A stretch of 62,907 bases of DNA, filler included, from Pseudomonadota bacterium (GTDB lineage: Bacteria; Bdellovibrionota_F; JAHFAK01; JBDREC01), in the NCBI GenBank assembly GCA_043820105.1. It is 6 parts of 6 records of this genome, joined end to end, with 100 filler letters (N's around TTAATTAATTAA, not from the genome) between each part and the next. Parts side by side here need not be neighbours in the genome. Positions count along the whole stretch, not along the records: positions 22,061 to 39,398 come from JBDREC010000005.1; 5 more parts are not named here. One strand, given 5' to 3'. The translations under genes and the position numbers were made by a program. Below, piece after piece: positions 28,917-39,498 of the stretch (its first letter is position 1; each line of letters begins with the position of its first letter). A model generated the notes under the pieces. The model did not search any database. It had not been told where the DNA came from and worked only from the letters and a program-made list of their open reading frames with translations.

Positions 28917-30221
28917 ATGTCTTTAAAGGAAAAATTCGCTGCCAAGATCGATCCAGTCCGAGATGAAATAAAGTCAATATTAAAAGAAAATGGAGATAAA
29001 GTAATAAGTGAAGTTACTTTAGCTCAAGCTTATGGCGGAATGAGGGGAGTTAAATGCATGGTTACTGAAACCTCATCTGTGGACCCAAATGAGGGAATTA
29101 GATTTAGAGGATATACAATACCTGAACTTAGAGAAAAACTTCCTAAAGCAAAAGGAAAAGAAGAACCCTTGCCAGAAGGTGTTTTTTATCTTCTATTAAT
29201 GGGTGAATTGCCATCTGAAGATGATGTTTCAGAACTTTCTTCTGAATGGAATAAAAGAAATGAAATTCCAAGCTACCTTTGGACAATGCTTGATAATCTT
29301 CCCAGGGAATGTCACCCAATGACTCAATTTTCACTGGCTATTTTAGCACTTCAACAAGAATCAGTTTTTACAAAACAATATAGAGCTGGTATTAATAAAA
29401 AAGATTACTGGGATCCCTGCTATGAAGATGTTATGAATATTTTAGCTAAACTTCCTAGAATCGCTGCCTATATTTACCAAAGAAGTTATAAAGAAGGAAA
29501 GAAAATTGACCCTGATAAAAATCTAGATTGGTCTGGAAACCTGGCTCAAATGATGGGAATCGAGGGTGATAGCTTTAAAGAACTAATGAGGCTATATATG
29601 GTTCTTCATAGTGATCATGAAGGCGGAAATGTTTCTGCTCATGCTACACACCTAGTAGGCTCTGCATTGTCTGATCCTTACTATTCCCTATCATCCGGAA
29701 TCAATGGGCTTGCTGGCCCACTTCACGGCCTAGCCAACCAAGAGGTTTTGAGATGGATTATTGATACAAAAAATAAAATTCAACAAAAAGGCGGCGGTGA
29801 AATAACACCTAATCTACTCAGAGAATTTTGCTGGGACACCCTAAAAGGTGGACAAGTTATTCCAGGATACGGACATGCAGTCCTTCGAAAAACTGATCCT
29901 AGATTCGCTGCCTTATTAGAATTTGGTAAAAAACACTGTCCAAATGATGAGATATATAAAGTAGTAGAAATGCTTTATGATATTGTTCCAGACGTATTAA
30001 TGGAACATGGAAAAGCACAGAATCCTTGGCCAAATGTTGATGCAGGATCAGGCTGCTTACTTGTTAATTTTGGGATGAGTGAATATGATTTCTACACAGT
30101 ACTTTTTGGTGTTTCAAGGGCAATTGGTGTTTTATCATCCCTAATTTGGGATAGAGCCCTTGGCCTTCCAATTGAAAGACCAAAATCTGTCACCTCTGAA
30201 TGGGTAAAAACTCAAATCTAA
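28917..30221 (+). CDS. gltA: Citrate synthase, eukaryotic type
   Basis: AYGGMRG, PLPEG, HSDHEGGNVSAH, GLAGPLHGLANQEV, PGYGHAVLRKTDPR, NPWPNVDA, PIERPKS; AGGAGG RBS before 28917. Confidence 0.95.
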   Translation: MSLKEKFAAKIDPVRDEIKSILKENGDKVISEVTLAQAYGGMRGVKCMVTETSSVDPNEGIRFRGYTIPELREKLPKAKGKEEPLPEGVFYLLLMGELPSEDDVSELSSEWNKRNEIPSYLWTMLDNLPRECHPMTQFSLAILALQQESVFTKQYRAGINKKDYWDPCYEDVMNILAKLPRIAAYIYQRSYKEGKKIDPDKNLDWSGNLAQMMGIEGDSFKELMRLYMVLHSDHEGGNVSAHATHLVGSALSDPYYSLSSGINGLAGPLHGLANQEVLRWIIDTKNKIQQKGGGEITPNLLREFCWDTLKGGQVIPGYGHAVLRKTDPRFAALLEFGKKHCPNDEIYKVVEMLYDIVPDVLMEHGKAQNPWPNVDAGSGCLLVNFGMSEYDFYTVLFGVSRAIGVLSSLIWDRALGLPIERPKSVTSEWVKTQI

Positions 30222-30322
30222 TTTGAGCATATTTCTCACAAAAAAGCGCATATAATAAGCATCTTTAATAAACCCTAAACAAATAAGGCATTAATTTTAT
30301 AACACAATTTCAAATATTTCTT

Positions 30323-30338
30323 TGGCCCAGTTCTTGCA
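30323..30338 (+). promoter_or_regulatory. Sigma54 -24/-12 motif
   Basis: TGGCCCAGTTCTTGCA (GG-N10-GC), 46 bp before the ATG at 30385. Confidence 0.6.
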
Positions 30339-30384
30339 ATTTATTAAATTGATAAATTATTTTACTAAACTAAGGGGCAGAATT

Positions 30385-31155
30385 ATGAAAAACTCACTAG
30401 GAAGAATTTATAGTCTCATCCTATTCTTAATCGCACTTTTAATCTTTTCTTTATCAGGACAAAATTTGTTTGCAAATCCTAACCCATATGTACATCAAGG
30501 ATTTTCAGGAAGAGACAATTACACACCCGCCCCATCATCAATATTTCAAGCAAAAGAATCTTGTGAAGAACAAAGAGCTGGTATTTTTACACCTATCAAT
30601 GTCCAAGGAATGCCATATCCAGATGAAGTTCCAATATCATTATTTTTAAAAAGTAAACTTCCGGAAATGGATCAAGATTGTAGAAAAGAGACATTGAAAT
30701 ATATAAAAAAGCTTTTAAGCGAAAAAAAATGGTCAAAAGATGGTCAGCTTCTTGATTATTGTGAATATAATTATTTTGGAGATCCCACTATGGCATTTAC
30801 ATGTAGTCAATATATTAGCATAATTGACAATGAACTTTCAGGAAAAAATCCAATTGCAGATCAAATAAGACAAGCAATGAACAGAGATGTTCAAGAATAT
30901 CAAAGTACAAGGCAAGAAAGAAAAAAGCCTTGTGGAAATAGCTTAGTTGTTATAGAAACCCAAGAAAATGCTGAAGAAATTGCACAACTAGACCCTGAAA
31001 CCATGGAAATGCTTAAAGCAATCGCTGAAGCTGAAACAATTGGACTTAAACTTCAGCAAAATGGTGCCCCTGAAAAAGCCAAAGAATATTTAGACCTAGC
31101 AAATCTTTTAAGAGAAACACTTGGAATGTCCCCAGAAATTTATGAGGACATATAA
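30385..31155 (+). CDS. Hypothetical exported protein
   Basis: Signal peptide after Met at 30385; no family recognised. Confidence 0.7.
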   Translation: MKNSLGRIYSLILFLIALLIFSLSGQNLFANPNPYVHQGFSGRDNYTPAPSSIFQAKESCEEQRAGIFTPINVQGMPYPDEVPISLFLKSKLPEMDQDCRKETLKYIKKLLSEKKWSKDGQLLDYCEYNYFGDPTMAFTCSQYISIIDNELSGKNPIADQIRQAMNRDVQEYQSTRQERKKPCGNSLVVIETQENAEEIAQLDPETMEMLKAIAEAETIGLKLQQNGAPEKAKEYLDLANLLRETLGMSPEIYEDI

Positions 31156-33071
31156 TTCAATAAGCCACCAGCTTTAAGGATATCTATCTGTCTATTGCTT
31201 AATTTGTAAGCAAGTTTTAGCTCTGAATTTTTTGTAATATTTTTTGCAAGTACATTTTCTGAATTATCAATATAGGAAAAAATATTTTCTATTTCTATTA
31301 CGTCTTCCATATCAATATTTTCATAATCTTCTTGATTTACAAAGAATAGAGGAAATATTCCAAAGTTAATTAAATTAGCTGTATGGATTCTTTCAGCTGA
31401 TTTTGCAAGGAGGACTGAAATTCCAAGATACTTTGGACAAATTGCAGCATGTTCTCTGCTTGATCCTTGACCATAACTTTCAGAAGCAACAATGATATTA
31501 TCTACTCCCTTACTTTTGTTCATTAAAGCTTTGGAAGCAAAGTGTTCATCTAAAGTTTCAAAAACATATGTAGCATACTTTGGAATATTTGATCTGTATT
31601 TTAACCTCGCGCCAGCAGGCATAATATGATCAGTGGTAATCTTATCACCAACTTTTATCAAAACAGCTCCAGCAATATTGCCAGTAGGTTTTTCAATTTG
31701 CAAAGGATCACCAATATTAGGGCCTCTGGATATTTTTATATTTTCTGGATTCTCAGAAGGTTTTAAAATCATAGAATCATCAATTAAAAATTTATGTGGC
31801 ATTTGAAAATCAGGATATTCCATTTCAAGATCTCTTGGATCAAAGAATTCTCCTTTTAAAGCACAAGCCACAGCAGTTTCGGTTGAAACTAAATAAATGC
31901 CGGCTGATTTTGTTCCACTTCTTCCAAAGAAATTTCTATTATTAGTTCTTACAGAAATACTATTGGTTTTAGGCGCTTGACCATTACCAATGCAAAATCC
32001 ACAAGTAGCTTCTAATATTCTAGCGCCAGATTTTATTATGTCTGAAAGGTGGACACTTTCGGAAATCATTTGTAAAACTTGCTTTGATCCAGGAGCCATT
32101 CCAAAAGATACCTCTTCACTAACTTTTTTCCCCTTTAGCATTGATGCAGTAATGATCCAATCTCTATATGAAGAATTTGTACAACTTCCAATAAGTATTT
32201 GATCAATCTTTTTTCCCTTTAGCTCATTAACTTCAACAACATTATCAGGACTATGTGGACATGCAACCATTGGTACTATTTTTGAAAGATCAAGATCTAT
32301 TACTTTATAATACTGGGCGTCATCATCCGCTGATAATTCCGTAAAATCCTCACCTCTTCCCTGAGCTAGTAGAAAATCTTTGGTAATTTCGTCACTTGGA
32401 AACAATGAAGTTGTAACACCGAGTTCTGCGCCCATGTTTGTAATTGTGGCTCTTTCTGGAACAGATAAAGTTTTAACACCAGCACCAGAATATTCAACTA
32501 CACATCCAACATTTCCTTTTGTTGTAAGCATCTTTAACACAGTTAAAATAATATCTTTTGCCGCGACCCAAGGAGATAATTTTCCAATTAAATTTATTTT
32601 GATAACCTTTGGACAAGTTAAATAAAAAGGTCCTCCTGCCATAGCAACAGCTATATCAAGACCGCCTGCCCCAATGGCTATCATTCCAATTCCACCACCA
32701 GTTGGAGTATGGCTGTCAGATCCAAGCAAGGTAAGGCCAGGTTTTCCGAAACGCTCTAAATGAACTTGATGACAAATTCCATTTCCAGCTTTTGAATAAA
32801 GAACACCATATTTTGCAGCTACATCTTTTAAATAGACATGATCATCTGCATTTTCAAAACCATCTTGTAAGGTATTGTGATCAACATAACTCACGGAAAG
32901 CTCAGTTTTAACTTTAGAAATATTCATTGATTCAAATTGCAAATAAGCCATTGTACCTGTTGCATCTTGTGTAAGAGTTTGATCAATTTTTATTCCGATT
33001 TCTTCGCCTTCTCTTAAATCACCATCTTGTAGGTGAGCCTTAAGTATTTTATAGCATAGATTGTCAGGCAT
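31140..33071 (-). CDS. Aconitate hydratase (short ~640-aa type)
   Basis: TQDATGT, GSDSHT, IGSCTNSS, CGFCIG, TTDHIMP, YGQGSSREHAA. Confidence 0.93.
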   Translation of the reverse strand: MPDNLCYKILKAHLQDGDLREGEEIGIKIDQTLTQDATGTMAYLQFESMNISKVKTELSVSYVDHNTLQDGFENADDHVYLKDVAAKYGVLYSKAGNGICHQVHLERFGKPGLTLLGSDSHTPTGGGIGMIAIGAGGLDIAVAMAGGPFYLTCPKVIKINLIGKLSPWVAAKDIILTVLKMLTTKGNVGCVVEYSGAGVKTLSVPERATITNMGAELGVTTSLFPSDEITKDFLLAQGRGEDFTELSADDDAQYYKVIDLDLSKIVPMVACPHSPDNVVEVNELKGKKIDQILIGSCTNSSYRDWIITASMLKGKKVSEEVSFGMAPGSKQVLQMISESVHLSDIIKSGARILEATCGFCIGNGQAPKTNSISVRTNNRNFFGRSGTKSAGIYLVSTETAVACALKGEFFDPRDLEMEYPDFQMPHKFLIDDSMILKPSENPENIKISRGPNIGDPLQIEKPTGNIAGAVLIKVGDKITTDHIMPAGARLKYRSNIPKYATYVFETLDEHFASKALMNKSKGVDNIIVASESYGQGSSREHAAICPKYLGISVLLAKSAERIHTANLINFGIFPLFFVNQEDYENIDMEDVIEIENIFSYIDNSENVLAKNITKNSELKLAYKLSNRQIDILKAGGLLNYMSS

Positions 33072-33090
33072 TAATATCTCCTTGTTTTTT

Positions 33091-34191
33091 TTATCTGCGT
33101 AACTTTGGTGGTTTGCCAGGTTTTCTTCTTAAGTTGGAAGGTATGTTTTTATTTACAAGAGGAATCTCAAATTTATTAATTTTATTGGGATCTAAAAATA
33201 CTTTGAGCCGTTCAGGATTAAATCCCTGCTTTTTAATAATAAAAACATCCTTACCAGGCTTCCATAAAAACTTTAGAGGAGTAACTCCAATCATTTTATC
33301 ATTTAGTGTATAAACAGCAGCATCAGGGGGATAAGTCCTAATTACAACTTTAGACTGATTTTTTTTATCAGAAATTCTGTCCCTTTCTGGCTGAATTTTT
33401 TTATGAGCTGGAATAAGCTTAAGATGTTCAACAGAAATTACAGAATCCTCAACCGTAATATTAACTTTTTCTTCGTGAAATCCTTTTTTCATGACAATAA
33501 ATTGATAGTCTCCAGGTTTTTTATTAAATTTAAATGGTGTTTTTCCAATTAGCTTACCATCAATTGTAAGAATTTCAGCCTTATCAGGGGTAGAATGTAT
33601 CAGCACCTGACCAAAACCTTCAGGTATTATATCTGCTGATAAATCACTTTTGCTTTCAGCACTTGGCAATTCACTTTTATTCTCATTTGTAGGTTGTTCA
33701 CTCTTTGGGCTAACATATGAAAAGAGTTTTTTTGTTGTTCCTTCTAATACTTTTTGAATGGCGTTTGCATCTATTCCAGTTGCAATGGAAGATCCCAGCA
33801 AAGAACCAGTTGACGAGTCATAAATTTTTAATACAATATTAATATTATCACCCATCTTAACAACGTTTCCTGTAATTCCGTATTTGGCCTGAATAAGCCT
33901 CATTGTCTCAACTTCACAATCCCCTTCACTTTCACAAAGCTTGACAGCATTTGCCTCAAGCATTTGAAGTAAATTTTCATTGGTATAAATCATGTATTCT
34001 TCTTTAGATAAATTATTAACTGCAAAACCCCTAACATATTCTTCAATAAAATCTACCTCTTGATCTGTAAGAGCCTTGTACTTATTGTAGAAATTGAGAA
34101 CAACAATATTGCTTTTTGAAAAAGCGCTTATTGAAAAGAATAAAATAAAAACAAACAATAGAATAAAATGAACTACTTTTAAATTTCTCAT
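33091..34191 (-). CDS. Exported PEGA-domain protein
   Basis: Signal peptide; two S/T.P..A......G.TP......PG...K.GF repeats; N-terminal domain with a C..EGDC motif. Confidence 0.75.
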   Translation of the reverse strand: MRNLKVVHFILLFVFILFFSISAFSKSNIVVLNFYNKYKALTDQEVDFIEEYVRGFAVNNLSKEEYMIYTNENLLQMLEANAVKLCESEGDCEVETMRLIQAKYGITGNVVKMGDNINIVLKIYDSSTGSLLGSSIATGIDANAIQKVLEGTTKKLFSYVSPKSEQPTNENKSELPSAESKSDLSADIIPEGFGQVLIHSTPDKAEILTIDGKLIGKTPFKFNKKPGDYQFIVMKKGFHEEKVNITVEDSVISVEHLKLIPAHKKIQPERDRISDKKNQSKVVIRTYPPDAAVYTLNDKMIGVTPLKFLWKPGKDVFIIKKQGFNPERLKVFLDPNKINKFEIPLVNKNIPSNLRRKPGKPPKLRR

Positions 34192-34736
34192 TTTTCGATT
34201 CCTTTTTTAATTATTTCTATATAATCATCACCTTCAAGTCCAATGATTTTTTGAATCATTAATTTTTTATCAATCAAAAATGTTACAGGCAATGAGGCTC
34301 CTAAAACACCATATTTCTTTGATATAGCGCTAGTAGTATCTTTTATAACATTAATTTTTATATCATTATCCTTTAGATATTTCTCAAGCAATTTTTCTTC
34401 TTTTTTGGTTGAGTAAGTAAGATTTACAGCGATAACTTTTACTCCAGATTCCTTAAGACTGTCTAGGTTTTTTGAAATCATTTTCAAGCCAATTTTACAG
34501 TGACTACACCAGGTAGCAAAAAAAGTTAAAACAATAGTGTGACCTTGAAATTTCTCAATATCTTCTTTAAAATTATACATATTACCTGAAGTTGTCCATC
34601 CTCCAAAAGTGCTGGCATCGGCTGGAGGTATAATTTTGCTATAAGACTCATAAATTTCTGACTTTGCTCTTGGAAAAGCATTTGTTGTAATTAAAAGTAT
34701 CAAAAATAATAAATAACAGCTTAGACGTTTTTTCAT
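34188..34736 (-). CDS. TlpA/ResA-like thioredoxin-fold protein
   Basis: FFATWCSHC, LPVTFLIDK; signal peptide. Confidence 0.85.
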   Translation of the reverse strand: MKKRLSCYLLFLILLITTNAFPRAKSEIYESYSKIIPPADASTFGGWTTSGNMYNFKEDIEKFQGHTIVLTFFATWCSHCKIGLKMISKNLDSLKESGVKVIAVNLTYSTKKEEKLLEKYLKDNDIKINVIKDTTSAISKKYGVLGASLPVTFLIDKKLMIQKIIGLEGDDYIEIIKKGIEK

Positions 34737-34740
34737 ATAC

Positions 34741-35835
34741 CTACTCAAAATATGTTTTTAATTCTTTTAATAAATTATCATCTAGCGGTGTCTTTTCAAA
34801 TTCTTTATAAAGGCGATTTAGGGCCTTATCCAAACTATGGGTATCAAAAGCTTTAAACTTTTTTGAATTCAAATCTACTGTAAAAATTGTTGCATTAGTT
34901 GAACAAGCTCTCAGCTCGGCTTGAAAAGTATCAAACTTACATGAAGGGCCAAGCAAACCCTCTATACAATTTTCAGAAATATTCATTTTTAAAACATAGT
35001 TCAGAGGATCTCTATTGGCACAAGTTTTATCATTTTCAACCTTTAGGGTCAGCTTATTAAAAACAGCATGTAATTTATTATAAATCTTTTTTTTATCAGC
35101 TGATCTTAATTTTTCTGGAAGCTTTATTGAAATCAAGCTATTTTTCTTCAGATTTTCATAGACTTGAGTTGCTGCAAAGTAATCTTTTTGGCAAGCTGTA
35201 TAAGCACTTTTTATTTTATCATTAAGTGATGTTAAAACATTTAGTTGGAAGTAAATATTACTTAAATCTTCAAGCGTCCTTTTTAACTCCAGCATATAAA
35301 TATTTAACTTTCGCAAATCCCCTTCAGTCAACAAATTAGATGCAACCGCATATTTTTTCTGAAATTCTTTTAAACTAGACGTAAAGTCAACAAGCAAAGC
35401 ATCCCGCAAATCTGCCCTATGAAGATATGCAAAAACATATCTGGTTCCATCTTCTTTTTTAATTTTATTGCCTTCATCAAACTTAATCAATTCAGCATGC
35501 TTAAAATTTGTAGAAAGCTTAATATCAGAAAGGATACTTTGATTTTCCTTGAATTCATTATTTGTACTAGCATTTTTTTTGAGGTTTATTTTTTCTGTGT
35601 ATTTATGTTCAACCTTAAGGCTAATATTTTTAATAATTTTAACAATAGCATCATTACGAGCATTTTCATAGCTTCTGTGAGAAATACCAACAGAAACAAT
35701 ATAGGTTTGCGGCTTGTACTTTGGATGTAAGTTATGATCCTGCATAAAAGGAGGTAAAATAACCTTTGAGTAGCAACATGAAAACAAAAGAAATATCATA
35801 AAAATTTGAATCAAAATACTTTGTTTTTTCTTCAT
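34741..35835 (-). CDS. Lipoprotein (LPP20-like N-terminus)
   Basis: Lipobox LFSC; YIVSVGIS...ARNDA motif. Confidence 0.6.
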   Translation of the reverse strand: MKKKQSILIQIFMIFLLFSCCYSKVILPPFMQDHNLHPKYKPQTYIVSVGISHRSYENARNDAIVKIIKNISLKVEHKYTEKINLKKNASTNNEFKENQSILSDIKLSTNFKHAELIKFDEGNKIKKEDGTRYVFAYLHRADLRDALLVDFTSSLKEFQKKYAVASNLLTEGDLRKLNIYMLELKRTLEDLSNIYFQLNVLTSLNDKIKSAYTACQKDYFAATQVYENLKKNSLISIKLPEKLRSADKKKIYNKLHAVFNKLTLKVENDKTCANRDPLNYVLKMNISENCIEGLLGPSCKFDTFQAELRACSTNATIFTVDLNSKKFKAFDTHSLDKALNRLYKEFEKTPLDDNLLKELKTYFE

Positions 35836-35916
35836 TTCTACTCTGATTTTTTTCTTTATTAATAAAAGCAAAGTAATAAATAATATTAAAAAAGTAAATT
35901 ATTAAATATTGTCATG

Positions 35917-35945
35917 TTGACACAAAGATATCTTATTTTTATACT
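35917..35945 (+). promoter_or_regulatory. Sigma70 promoter
   Basis: TTGACA-17 bp-TATACT, 26 bp before the ATG at 35972. Confidence 0.65.
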
Positions 35946-35971
35946 TCTAATTATCTTTTTTATAAGGAAAT

Positions 35972-37087
35972 ATGATGGCTAAGATTTTCAATTCAAGAAG
36001 TCTAATTATTATCCTTTCAATTTTTATTTTTTTAAATTCTAAAGTTTATACAAATAATTATGATAATCAATTTAGTGCTGATAATCAGGACTGGGATGAA
36101 GATGACGATTGGGAAGAAGATGATAATTGGGAGAAAGTAGATCAGAAAGATGAACTAGATAAGGGAAGAAGGTCATATAAGAACAAAAGATATCAAAAAC
36201 TTTCTAAAGATATTTCATTCCAAATATTCACAGGGTATCCCATCTTAAACTCTACAATTAGCCCACAGGAGCTTACAAATGACGAAGAAACTGATATAAA
36301 CTGGGATCCAAATTCTATGTTCACCCTTGGTATAGCAGGGTCATATAAGGGCATTGGATTATCTTTAGAATTCAACATCCCAAACAGTGCACGTGATGAA
36401 ACTCTATATGGGAATACAGATTATTGGGATCTTCAATTTCACTATTTTCATAGATATTTTGGTGTGGATTTATTTTATCAAACCTATAGTGGTTTTTATT
36501 TAGATAATCCGGCTGACTTTGATTCAAGCTGGGAAGAAGGCGATGCCTTTACTCAAAACTCCACTATGCATATGTTCACAACTGGAGCTAACCTTTATTA
36601 TATTCATTCTGAGAAATTTTCAATTAAAGCAGCTTATGAGCAATCAGAAAGACAGATGAAAAGTGGAGGTTCTTTTTTATTAATGTTTTCAAATCATCTC
36701 CTTACCATTAGCAATCCAACATCCCTGATTCCTGAAAATCAACAAGAATACTATGGTGATGAGGCATCCTTTTCAGGTGGCAGCTTTTTTACTTCCTCTT
36801 TAGCCCCAGGCTATGGCCATATGTTTGTGCATGACATTCTATACTTTGCACCAATTGCATTTTTAGGTGGAGGTGTGCAATTTCAAAAATATGACCTGGA
36901 TTCTGGTAGAATTCAAAAAATAAAGGGAGCATTCAAGTTTAATCCTAATTTTTCACTTGGATTAAATGGAGAAAAGTTTTTTACTGGGCTTACAGTTTTA
37001 ACAAACATGAATTACATTACTTTGGAGCAAGCAGATATACTTTCAATGTCATTTTATATGAAGTTATATGTTGGAATGAGGTTTTAA
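35972..37087 (+). CDS. DUF4421-like outer-membrane protein
   Basis: Signal peptide; YQTYSGFY, KFSIKAAY.QSERQ.KSGGS, C-terminal GMRF. Confidence 0.7.
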   Translation: MMAKIFNSRSLIIILSIFIFLNSKVYTNNYDNQFSADNQDWDEDDDWEEDDNWEKVDQKDELDKGRRSYKNKRYQKLSKDISFQIFTGYPILNSTISPQELTNDEETDINWDPNSMFTLGIAGSYKGIGLSLEFNIPNSARDETLYGNTDYWDLQFHYFHRYFGVDLFYQTYSGFYLDNPADFDSSWEEGDAFTQNSTMHMFTTGANLYYIHSEKFSIKAAYEQSERQMKSGGSFLLMFSNHLLTISNPTSLIPENQQEYYGDEASFSGGSFFTSSLAPGYGHMFVHDILYFAPIAFLGGGVQFQKYDLDSGRIQKIKGAFKFNPNFSLGLNGEKFFTGLTVLTNMNYITLEQADILSMSFYMKLYVGMRF

Positions 37088-37207
37088 TTTCAATTTCCAA
37101 ATGTAGTCAAATAAAGCTAGACAAAATCTGCAAATTGGTCTATAAAGCCACATCGTTTATAACAAAAGAGTTGAATACTATCATAGTTTAAAAAAAGGAG
37201 TTTTAAA

Positions 37208-37693
37208 ATGATGGAAATTACTTTTATTTTTATGGTTGGGTTAATTGTGGGCTTAGTTGTTGCTAGATTTACTATTGGCTATAATTTTGTAACAAAAAGC
37301 AAATTTAATAAACTTAATGAAACTATGAATGATTATAAAAGAGAAATTGAAATAAAAGATAGGTTCTTTAATTCACTTAAAGGAGAAGTATCAAGCTCAG
37401 CTAAAGAACTTTCAACTCAAGGTGATAAGGTTTATGAAAAATTCCTTATGCTAACTGATAATCTTACCGAAATCGGTGATTACATTGAGCTTATGAAAAA
37501 ATCATATGATTCCATTATGACAAAATTCACAACTTCAGACATCAAAGACGATACAATCATTCAGAAAATGCAAAAAATTAAAGAGCTTTCTTTAAAGGTA
37601 AATATGGAAATTCCTCCAGAATTTAAAAACCCTGAAGATGAATATATTACTCTTGATGAACGCAATGATAACTTTAGAGAAATAAATATTTAA
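37208..37693 (+). CDS. Hypothetical membrane-anchored coiled-coil protein
   Basis: N-terminal TM helix, AAGGAG RBS. Confidence 0.7.
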   Translation: MMEITFIFMVGLIVGLVVARFTIGYNFVTKSKFNKLNETMNDYKREIEIKDRFFNSLKGEVSSSAKELSTQGDKVYEKFLMLTDNLTEIGDYIELMKKSYDSIMTKFTTSDIKDDTIIQKMQKIKELSLKVNMEIPPEFKNPEDEYITLDERNDNFREINI

Positions 37694-37795
37694 TCTCATC
37701 ACCCATAAGTTTCTTTTCTGTTGATTTTCTTGGTTTGAACTTATACCTTTTCTACTTTCAAATCTTTTCTTTAAAACTGACTTTTCGGAGGTCTT

Positions 37796-39139
37796 ATGCC
37801 TAATTTTAAACATGTAAATATTCCAGAAGGTGACTTAATAAAAATTGAAAATGGCAAACCACTTGTAGGAAACAAACCGATAATTGGCTTATTAAGAGGT
37901 GATGGCATTGGCCTTGATATTGCTCCAGTAATGCAAGACGTTGTAGAAGCTTCCGTAAACAAAGCGTATAATGGTGAAAAAGCAATTGCCTGGGCGCCTA
38001 TTTATATTGGATTAGAAGGTCTTCAAAAATATAGTGAAGTTTTACCTAATGAAGCAATTGAAGCTATTCAATATGTGAAAGTTGCAATCAAGGGTCCATT
38101 TACGACTCCAATTGGTGAAGAAACACATGTTTGTTTACATTGTGCTCACCAACAATATCATGATGGTGTTTGCGATAAATGTGGAAAAGATGATGGTGTT
38201 GCAGAAAGATTTAGATCAATTAATGTTGGCTTAAGACAGAAAATGGATCTTTATGCTTGTGTTAGACCAATTAGATACATTGAAGGTGTTCCTTCTCCAA
38301 ACAAATATGCAAATAAAGTAAATTTCGTCATTTTCAGAGAAAACATTGAAGATGTCTATGCAGGTCATGACTTTGAAAAAGGTTCAGAAACAGCACTGGC
38401 AATTATTGAATTAATTAAGGAAAAAACTGGACGTCAAATTAGATTAGATTCTGGAATTGGGGTTAAACCAATCTCAGTTTTTGGTTCAAAAAGATTAATT
38501 AAAAAAGCAATTCAATGGGCAATCAGTCAAAACCTTCCTTCAGTAACCCTAGTCCATAAAGGTAATATCATGAAGTTTACAGAAGGTTCTTTTGCAAAAT
38601 ATGGCTATGAGCTGGCTGAAGATGAATTTAAAGATTATTTTATTTCCGAAAAAACATTATGGGATAACTTTGATGGAAAAATGCCAGAAGGAAAACACTT
38701 AATCAAAGATAGAATCGCGGATTCAATTTTCCAACAAATACAAACAAGACCTGAAGAATATTCTGTGCTTGCTCTCCCAAATCTAAATGGTGATTATTTG
38801 TCTGATGCAGCGATTGCCTTAGTTGGTGGACTGGGCCTTGGACCTGGTGCTAATATCGGCGACGAAGTCGCTTTGTTTGAAGCAACTCATGGAACAGCTC
38901 CTAAATATACAGGAATGGACAAAGTCAATCCTGGTTCCTTAATACTTTCCGCAGTTATGATGCTAAATCACATGGGCTGGAATGAAGCCGCTGATCTAAT
39001 CATAAAAGGTCTTGAACAATCAATCAAAGACGGTCATGTAACATACGACCTTGCTCGCCTAATGAAGGCAGAAGGCAGAGAAGACGTAACAGAAGTTTCT
39101 TGTTCTGGATTTGGAAAAGCGATAATTAATCGAATGTAG
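37796..39139 (+). CDS. icd: NADP-type isocitrate dehydrogenase with a 4-Cys insertion
   Basis: GDGIG, AIKGP.TTP, RS.NV, FREN.ED.YAG, VHKGNIMKFTEG, NLNGDYLSD, EATHGTAPKY. Confidence 0.96.
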   Translation: MPNFKHVNIPEGDLIKIENGKPLVGNKPIIGLLRGDGIGLDIAPVMQDVVEASVNKAYNGEKAIAWAPIYIGLEGLQKYSEVLPNEAIEAIQYVKVAIKGPFTTPIGEETHVCLHCAHQQYHDGVCDKCGKDDGVAERFRSINVGLRQKMDLYACVRPIRYIEGVPSPNKYANKVNFVIFRENIEDVYAGHDFEKGSETALAIIELIKEKTGRQIRLDSGIGVKPISVFGSKRLIKKAIQWAISQNLPSVTLVHKGNIMKFTEGSFAKYGYELAEDEFKDYFISEKTLWDNFDGKMPEGKHLIKDRIADSIFQQIQTRPEEYSVLALPNLNGDYLSDAAIALVGGLGLGPGANIGDEVALFEATHGTAPKYTGMDKVNPGSLILSAVMMLNHMGWNEAADLIIKGLEQSIKDGHVTYDLARLMKAEGREDVTEVSCSGFGKAIINRM

Positions 39140-39152
39140 AGCTGTTAAACAT

Positions 39153-39182
39153 TTGCCTGATTTTGAAAAGGAAATCGGGCCA
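39153..39182 (+). terminator. Palindromic repeat / possible terminator after icd
   Basis: TTGCCTGATTT-TGAAAAGG-AAATCGGGCC; related copies at 28803-28823 and 51458-51492, both reversed. Confidence 0.5.
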
Positions 39183-39240
39183 ATATTTAAATATAAAGAA
39201 GGATAAATAATTAACAGTCTTAATAATACATCAAGATGTG

Positions 39241-39390
39241 TATTTTTGGCTCATCTCCATTTTGAGTACCCACCAAGAATAATTATTCTGAAAATATAAA
39301 ACACTGTTCTATCTATTCCATGATATTAAAATTGAAATAAATATTTCTATACATGAAACCATTGGATTAATCTTAGGATTATGATTATGA
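39241..39390 (+). repeat. About 150-bp dispersed non-coding repeat, copy 1
   Basis: Colinear high-identity match to 62550-62700; runs into the contig end. Confidence 0.85.
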
Positions 39391-39398
39391 TTAGGATT

Positions 39399-39498
39399 NN
39401 NNNNNNNNNNNNNNNNNNNNNNNNNNNNNNNNNNNNNNNNNNTTAATTAATTAANNNNNNNNNNNNNNNNNNNNNNNNNNNNNNNNNNNNNNNNNNNN
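39399..39498. other. Artificial contig linker
   Basis: N44-TTAATTAATTAA-N44. Confidence 0.98.

Noticed and set aside
28917-30221. Eukaryotic-type citrate synthase as a novel transfer
   Set aside because: This type is already known in bacteria such as Geobacteraceae.
38132-38149. Heme c motif in the icd insertion
   Set aside because: The sequence is CLHCAH, not CxxCH, and the protein is cytoplasmic.
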